NCBI GenBank assembly: GCA_964559945.1
Contig: CAZLJY010000002.1
Coordinates: 7,856 to 71,855 of the forward strand
Source: an uncultured Gammaproteobacteria bacterium
GTDB lineage: Bacteria > Pseudomonadota > Gammaproteobacteria > Xanthomonadales > SZUA-38
Direction: 5' to 3'
DNA length: 64,000 nucleotides
Below are positions 25,101-34,100 of the stretch, in pieces. The first letter of the stretch is position 1; every line of letters starts with the position of its first letter. The position numbers and the translations under genes are program-made. Under the pieces are notes generated by a model. The model did not search any database and was not told where the DNA came from. It saw nothing but the letters and a program-made list of their open reading frames with translations.

Positions 25101-28100
25101 GCCAGCGGGCAGCGGATTGGGAATATCCACCTGGTAACCGACAGTGACGGACGCACCGCCCCCTGGCAATGTGCCAACGTCTACCGAGATCGCGGTATCG
25201 CCCGCGGTGTTGCCGATGGTGACTAAACCTGCGGTAGATATCACCGAGCCGGCGATAAAGGTGCCATTGGCATCGGGAGTATCGGTGATCACCACTCCTG
25301 TGGCTGCCGCATTGCCGATGTTGATAGCAGTCAGCGTATAGCTGAGGGTGTCGCCCGGCGACGGTACACCATTGCCATCGGCATCTGTCAGTAGCGTGAC
25401 CGATTTATCCAACTCCAAGATCGGCGTCGCGGTTACCGGCGTTGGGGTGGGTTCATCCTCAGACCCGCCATCTGGATCATCCGTTGGCTCATCTGGCAGC
25501 TGATCGCTGCTGACAAAACCCTGGTTGACCACCTGGATCACACCTGCCGGCAGAGGATTGTTGATCGTCACATCAAACGTAATGGTGACCTGAGCACCAC
25601 CACCTAAGGAACCGATATCAACACTGACGTCGGTGTCGCCGGCGCCATTACCCATCAATACCGTACCCAGGGTCGTCACCACAGAGCCTGGCACCAGTTG
25701 GGTATTCGCTCCGGGCGTATCATTGAAGGCCAGGCCAGTTAATCCAACATTACCAACGTTGTCGATCAACACCGTATAGCGCAGTACATCACCCGGTGAG
25801 GGCACACTGTCAAGGTCGTTGTCTGTCAGCAAGGCATCGGACTTGAACGCCTCCAGCAGCGGATCAGTCGTCACCGGTGTACCAGTAGGATCCCCGCCCG
25901 GTAAGGTGTCTGGATCGTCCGTATCAATGGGCGGTAATTCAGCGGAGCTCACGGTGGCCTGGTTGGCTACCATGGTGGTACCGGCCGGTAGCGGATTGTC
26001 TACCACAACCTCGAAGGTCACCACCGCAGTCTCGCCATTACCCGGAATCACTCCGGTATCCACTTCCACGTTTACGTCGCCTGGGGTATTACCCAACACA
26101 ACGCTGCCGCGACTGGTCATCACACTGCCCACATTAAGGGCCACATTGGGGTCTAAGTTGTCGTTGACAAAGGTGGCTGTAGCGCCCTGATTACCCGTGT
26201 TAGTGATAGTGATGGTGTACAGCAGGGTATCACCGGGAGAAGCAAAGCCGTCGCCATCGGCATCGACCAACAGGGCATCGGTTTTGATCGCCGACAGCAC
26301 AGGGGTTGCGGTGAGCGGCGTGTCCGTCGGGTCATCGTCCATTGGCGTATCTGGGTCGTTGGTGGGCTCATCGGGTAATTCGTTGCTACCCACAACACCC
26401 TGGTTACTAAGCTGGGTGACACCCGCCGCCAAGGGGTCATCGATCAACACATCAAACGTGATAGTGCGACTAGCACCACCACCAGGGATGGTGTCCAGAT
26501 TCACGCTGATGGTCGTATCACCGGCGGTATTACCGGTCACCACAGTACCCAATGGCGCAACCTGTACTGAGCCAACGATCAATGCGCTGTTGCTGTCTGG
26601 CATATCGTTGAAGGTCACACCCGTCGCCGCAATGTTGCCGGTGTTCGTAATGTTGACGGTGTAGCGCAGAGTGTCACCTGGGGACGGGACGGTATCGCCA
26701 TCGGCGTCCACCAGTAATACATCAGCCTTGTCTGCCTCCAAAATTGGCACCGCTGTTACCGGTGTGTCGGTAGGATCGTTGGGATCTGCGTCATCCGGGT
26801 CGTCAGTGGGCACAACCGGGGTTTGATCACTACCCACCAATCCTTGGTTAGCCACTGTGGTAACGCCTGCCGGCAATGGATTATTGATAGTGACGTTGAA
26901 GCTGATCGTGACGCTATCGCCGCCACCTAAAAGGGTGCCAACGTTAACCGTGATCGGTGGCGTGCCGGCGTTACCACCGGTAATCGTTCCCCGACTGGTA
27001 GTGACCGTTCCAGCCACCAGCGTGGTATTGGCATCTGGTGTATCGGTAAAGGTCACACCGCTGGCAGCCTGGTTGCCGCTGTTGGTAAGGACCACGGTAT
27101 ACAGCAGCTCATCGCCCGGCGACGGTATGCTGTTGCCATCGTTATCAAGGAACAACGAATCGGTCTTAGTGGCGCTGATGATAGGCGTACCTACCAGCGG
27201 GGTGATATTCGCGTCGTCGTCCGGACCGGTGCTTGGATCATCCGTTGGCTCGGACGGCAGCTCGTTGGAATCAACCCGCCCCTGGTTAACCACTTGGGTC
27301 ACACCCAATGGCAGAGGGTTGTTGATAGTGACATCAAACACAATGTCCACACTACCGCCCTGACCAGCCAGAATTCCGATATCGACGGTGACCGGAGGGA
27401 CGCCGGCGTTACCACCGGTAATGGTGCCCTGGGTGGTTGTGACAGACCCGCTAACCAAGGTGGTGTTGGCATCCGGAGTATCTACAAACATGACACCAGA
27501 CGCGTCCTGATTACCACTGTTGACCACATTGATGGTATAGCGAAGGGTGTCACCCGGAGACGCCACACTGTTGCCGTCCGCATCAATCAACAGGGCATCG
27601 CTCTTGCTCGCTTCGATAACCGGTTCGGCAATGAGCGGAGTCACCGTCGGATCATCATCCGGCGCTGTATCTGGATCGTCGGTGGGTTCGTCGGCCAACT
27701 CATTGGAGCCAACCACACCCTGGTTTGACACTTGAGTGACGCCATCGGATAGCGGGTTGTCGACTATCACATCGAAGGTGATCGTGACAGTGGCCCCGCC
27801 ACCCATCATGGTGCCTATATCAATGTTAATGGGTGGCGCGCCCGCGTTTCCTCCAGTGACAGTTCCCTGGGTAGTGGTAACCGAACCTGCCACGAGCGTC
27901 GTGTTGGCATCGGGGGTATCAGTAAACGTCACTCCACTAGCAGCGCCGTTGCCGCTATTGGTGATCACTACCGTATAGCGCAGCGTGTCGCCCGGTGAGG
28001 GTGAACTACTTGCATCAGCGTCCACCAATACCGCATCGGTTTTGCTAGCTTCCAAAATGGGGTTGGAATTAACCGGAATCACGGTGGGGTCATCATCGCC

Positions 28101-31100
28101 TACCGGGCCCGGATCGTCGGTGACCACATCGGGGACTTGCGCACTGGACACAACACCCTGGTTCGTCAGCGTGTTGATACCGGCAGGAAGTGGGTCATTG
28201 ACTGTGGTGCGGTAAGTAATGGTGGCAGTGCCGCCGCCAGCGGCCAATGCACCCAACGCGACCTCTACAGGAGGGGTGCCGGTATTGCCGTCGGTAATTG
28301 TGCCTTGAGTTGTGGTTACCGTTCCGGCAACCAAGGTGGAATTCACATCAGGGGTATCGGTAAATACCACGTTGGTAGCGGACGCACCGCCAGTGTTGGT
28401 AATGACAATGCTATAGCTCAGCACATCGCCAGGGGTTACATCGCCCGAGCTGTCGACGTCATCAAATAGCACGCCGGTTTTGCTGGCACTGAGTTCGGGC
28501 AAATTGATATTTTCTGAATCAGTGGCGGTATCGGTTCGATCCTCATCCGGTGCGCCGGGCATGGTAGTGCCACTGAGATTGGCAACGTTCACCACCGGCA
28601 GCGCTGGCAGCGGATCGGCAAACATGACTCGGGCGGTAAAGGACAAAGTCTCACCCACTTCCAACGACGTATCAGGCAAGCTGCCTGCAGGGTCAGAGGA
28701 AAATCGCAGAGTGGTTTGGCCCGCTGCTGGTGTATTGACCAAAATCTGCCCAATGAAGCCAGCAGGCACCGTATCGATAATGGCGGTTGCCAGATCCCAG
28801 TTGGTTTCGCTAAGCACATCATCCAGAACCAAATCGTAGGCAGGGGCGGTGCCCGTGTTGGTGATATCGAACTGAAGCGTGGCGATCAGTCCGTTGACCT
28901 CGGCGAGGGTTTTATCCACTGCCAGGTTAGGCTCAACCACATCAATGTCTGCGGTAGCCGAGTCCGTCACCGTGCCAGTGGGTCCTTCAAACTCCAGAGT
29001 TGAGGTATTGATGAGTAGGTCACCGGATTCGTTGGTGTCATCGTCGGCCGGTACTGAAGGGCCAACATTGACCACCACACCGCACACCTGCAGCACCAAC
29101 TGATCATCAACCGTTACCGCGTTGTCGGTGGTGGGATTGGTGACATCACCCAAATTAAAGGTGGCCGTGTCGTTGCCCACAGGCGCGAGGTCGTCGGAAA
29201 TCACCGCGGTGAACCCATTGGTCACGCCCAGCATTCCTGAACCAAATACCGTGGCACTGGTGAGTTCAAGAACCCCCTCGTTGCCGTTAGCGCTGCCCGA
29301 GGGCAGTGTGTCACTCACAATCACTTGCTGGGTGACGCCTTGGGGGAAGGTGACTGTGGTGTGGTAGCACACCTCCTCACCAATGGTTGCGTCAAACAGG
29401 AATGGATCGCCAAAACTTTGTCCGGTATCCGGGTTGCTGGTTGAGAATACGGTCTTCTCAATGCTCGGCTCGTCGACAGTGAATTGACCGGTGTCGGCAT
29501 CGTTACCGTCACCGTTTTCATCACCGGCACCACCGGGGGTCGAATCGAACTGCAGTGACGCGTTGTTGACGTAGCTATCGCCGGAAATCACCGTTGGATC
29601 AACGGTGACGTCATAGGTGATGGTGCAAACGTCCCCTAAGTCCAGCTGGGTAATGGTGAACAATACGGCAGGGTCGCCGGTACCGTCAGCCACAAAACCC
29701 TGGCAAGCGGCGCTGGATGTGAAGTTAGTTGGTGCACCGGAACCCAGTGGGTCGGGTAGTTGGTCAGTGATATCCAGATCATAGGCCACCGCGCTGGAAG
29801 CACCAGTATGGGAAATGACCAGGGTAAAGGTCAGCGTATCGCTGCCGCTGACCTCAACTAAGGTATCGGGCGTCTTGTTGATTTGCAGCAACGGCTGAAC
29901 AATGTCTACATCCACCGAATCCATTAACGGCATCTGGGGTGTGCCGCCGATATCAAAGTCCAGACTAGCCTGATTACGCGCATTGTCGGTACCGGGGTTG
30001 CCGGCAACATTGCGCACCCGGGCAACGATAGTGAATTCAATTTGGTCATCTGCCGGCAGCGTTGCGTCGGTGGCAACGTTAACCACGTTGCCGAGATCCC
30101 ACAGGAAGAAGTCGTCGGTACCGTCCAGCGGCGCAGTGTCAGATATCGCATCGGGTGAAGCACCCAACGCTAAGCCGCTGCCGATGGTGATGTCAGCGCC
30201 AATACGAGACAGGGTGGCTGAAACCAGTTCGAAGGTCGCTGACGGCGTGCTGCCCGGGAACGGCAGTTGGTCGCTGATGACAGCGTTTTCTAATGTGCCG
30301 TTGGGAAGATCAAGAACCAAGCGATAGGTCACCTCTTCACCGATGGTCAGATCAGGCTCCGGCCCTAACACCCCATCGACATCCGGCGTATTGATATCGC
30401 CGGAGGAGACAAACAGTTTGTCCAGACCCGGGCCAGAGATATCCACCATAAACTCAGCCATATCTCCGTAGCTACGTCGTTGTTCATCTGCCTCAGAGGC
30501 ATCAGTACTGAAGTAGTCAAGATCGGCGACGTTCATGATCGTGTCACCCAAGGTCGCGGCCACATTAATTTGGGCCTGATAGGTGAAACGGCAGACATCG
30601 GCCACGGGTAGGCTGTCAAAACCAATGCGCAATCCCACACCATTGGGATCAGACTCGTCCAGCAGATCCGGTGCGCCGGTGCAGGTTGCGCCAGAAGGCG
30701 CGCCGGCGGCAGCCAAGGTGCCCGTCACGTAGGTCAACTCTGCGGGCAATTGGTCAGCCAACAACACATCGATGGCAGCGGCATTGGAGATTCCGGTGTG
30801 GCCAATGTCCAAGGTGTAGGTAATGGTATCGCCGGCATCGCCAGAGGTGACCGAACCACTCTTTGCCACCATCAAGTCAGGTTCAGCGATTTCCACATCC
30901 GCCGAGGCAACCACGTCGCTGAAGGTATCGGACGACACAATCATGTTATTGCGAACGGGCAATCCCGTGACGCCGTTGGCCGCTATATCGGCGACCCGAG
31001 CTTGAACCAGGAAAGTGATTTGGTTGTCTGCAGCAACCGTTGCCGGCGAATCGTTGGCATTAGTCAAATTGCCAAAATCTAAAATTAGCTGGTTATTGAG

Positions 31101-34100
31101 GGTGTCGCCGTTGGTGTCATTGACGGTTTGCAGCGGTGGGTCGTTGTCCACGGTAATTTCGCTGCCGATGGTGATGGCAGATACCGATAGGTATTCCAGC
31201 ACCGTCGGCGCAATGGGAAGTTCGTCGCTAATCATCACGTTGGCGGCAGATCCATCTGGGATGTTGACGGTCAGCTCGTAAGTGATCACCTCGCCAATGG
31301 TCACGTCCACAATGGCCGGGTCAAAATTCCCATTGTCCGTGGTTTGGGTGCGATTGGTGACCGTTTTGATTGCCATCACTGGGGCCACCATAAAGCTGGC
31401 AGAACCCTGGGCGTCATAGTCGTCTGAAGCACCCTGCCCGTCCCCAACTCCCGCTGCACCCGATCGCTCGGAGTCAAATTCGTCGATAAATGGTGACAGA
31501 TTCGTGTTGTCACCCGGTAGCGACGTCCATTCGGTACTGGCGGTATTCACAATATTAGTGCCGATGGGGGTGGCAGCATCAACTTGAACGTCAAAGACGA
31601 TCTGACAACTGCTGCCTTTGGTAAACGTATCCCAACTGGCCGTAATAACCCCACCCGCCTCGGCAGGTCCAGCATCGGGGTTATCCGCGCAAGCTTGCAG
31701 TGTCGGCGGCGACATGACCGTTAGGAATGGGGGCAGCGCATCGCTTAACTCAACATCAAAGGCATCGGGACGGTTTGCACCTCCAGTGACGGCCACCGTA
31801 ATGGTCACCTGGGTAACATCACCCGAATCACCGATGGCAGGACTAAAGGCTTTGCCGATGGTGACCACGGGCTCGCGAATCCCCACGTTATCCGCATTGT
31901 CGTTAGCCAAGGTGGTGTTGTCCTGGCGCCATTGGGCATTGTTGTTTCGGTTGCTGCCGCTGTTGGCGTTGGTGGAATCCAACAGCACAACTTCGTACTC
32001 AATAACAATATCGGTACTTCCCGCACCATTGCTGCTGGGAACCACAACGGTGCCGAAGTCAAAAACGGCTTGGCGGGCCACATCTCGAGCGTTAACGCCG
32101 CTGTTGGTAATAAAGGGGTTGTCGGTGGCTGAGTCGGTGTTGCCATCATTGGTACAGCCAGCGTCCAACGCCACGCCATTCGCCGGGGTCACCGTCGCAG
32201 TGCCGGTGTTCACTGAGGTACAGTCAACAAAGGCCAGCGAGGTATCTAAAATGTCCACCAATGTGATATCGGTAGAGGTTCCTTCTGGCAACGTAACAGT
32301 GGTGCGATAGCGCACGATCGAACCAATAGTTACCTCATTTTCTGTGCCGTCAGCGTCCAAACCCAAGGCTGCTTCCGTTGGGCTTACGTTGACCAATTCC
32401 TTGTTCACCAAGACTTCAGTAATGGTGGCGTTGGCCTCATCAACCACTTCGGGGAAACGATCCGTTGAGCCGTCACCGGGCGCCCAAGTGACGCCGCTTT
32501 CGTTGGTGATGGTGCTACCCGGCTCCACGCTGTCAGGCAGCGTGCAGGAAATCTCGATCAAAATCCGGTTGTTGCCATTGAGATCGGTTCCCGGAGCCAA
32601 GGCTGCGCCGCCCACCGAGGCCCCGTTAGTACCGTCATCGTCAAAGGTGATTCCCGCGCCGAACAAATCCCCAGAAAAACTGGTGTAACGCGTATCCGTG
32701 CCATCGATGGCACCCGCTGTGCCGCCATTGTCCAGGAATACACGAGGCTGACCGGCATCATCGTTAATAGCGCACGATAGCAAGCTGCCGCCAGCAGCAT
32801 CATCGGTAGCGATTACATCAAAGGCGCTACCGGTGCCAACGTTTTCCAGGGTAATCAGGTACGTCAGCACATCCGCAGCATCGGCATCGCTGATATCCCC
32901 ATCGCTGATTGTTGCATCGGAGGTTGCGTTGGTGCTGCTGACGATTTGCTTATCCAAAGTCAATTCTGGCGCACCAACAATAAATAACGCGCCGGTGTCA
33001 GAGGCTGACGGAGACTGATTGCCATCGCCGTTGACATTCAAGATATTGCTCAAGCTCAGCAAATCGGTAAACGCAGCAGGCTGCACCGTCATAGCGATAT
33101 CCAACTGAAGCACAACGGGCGCCACCGCTTCCGACACTTCATCCCAGGTAAAGACCCAAGAGTTGGGTGAATCGGGCGACGGTACTGTGCCACCGCCTGA
33201 ATCTGCCACAATGCTGGTCAGACCGACGTCCAGTCCGCCGCTTTCGAGATTGTGCGCTGGACCATAGTTGATGGTCGTTGCAGCAATAGACCCGGCTGGC
33301 TGACTAACCGTGGGGGCTGTGCCGTATTGTTCGGCATCAAAAATGGGAATCGGCCAAAAGTCTATCCACTGCAGGTTAACAATATCGGCTGCCTCCAAGG
33401 TCATGGTCAATCGATACACCACGTCCTCTCCAACCTGGTAAGAGACACCATTGGCTGGGCTACTGATCACCGTTTTGGTCAAGTCAAAACCAGCCACGTT
33501 AACCGTCGCGCCGGAGCCTTCGGTACAGCCCGGTAGTGCCGGTCCGCCCGCCAAACCCTGCACGGCATAGGTCGTGCTCACCGTGTTGGGTAAGCTATCG
33601 TTAATTCTGAGTGGTACCGGCGTTGCAGGGGTTGAGCCAAACCGACTCACATAAGTTTGATTGACGGTGGTGTCGTAGGTGAGTTGTCCTGTCGTACCTA
33701 AGCCAAGCTGATTGTCGCCAGTGAGCGGCAGCACACCCACGGTAAGATCATCAAAATCTAAAGTGATGACTTCCTCGGTGCCGTTCGGACCGGTTTGGGT
33801 AGTGACCGTAAAATCGGTGTTCTCCACAAGTGGAGTGCCATTTAACACTAAGGTTGAGCGGTCCAAGGTCAAGCCATCAGGCACCGTATCAACCAACACC
33901 AGATCAGTGAGTTCCGCAAAATCGGAGACTTGGTAGTCGATGGTGTAACTCACCGTGTCGCCGGGCACAACGAACCCACCCGGCGCGCCCTTCTGAACCG
34001 AAAAATGTCGGGCCACCAGCGTATCGTCGGTTTGGGTGGCGGCAGGAACAAAAATATCGCTGCCTTCAAATTGGGCGAGAAAACTGGCTGTGTTGGGAGG

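Noticed and set aside
22790-28493. Regular 438-bp periodicity considered as a CRISPR or satellite array
   Set aside because: The period is far too long for CRISPR, and there is no repeat/spacer alternation. The whole array is one open reading frame encoding a protein-domain repeat.
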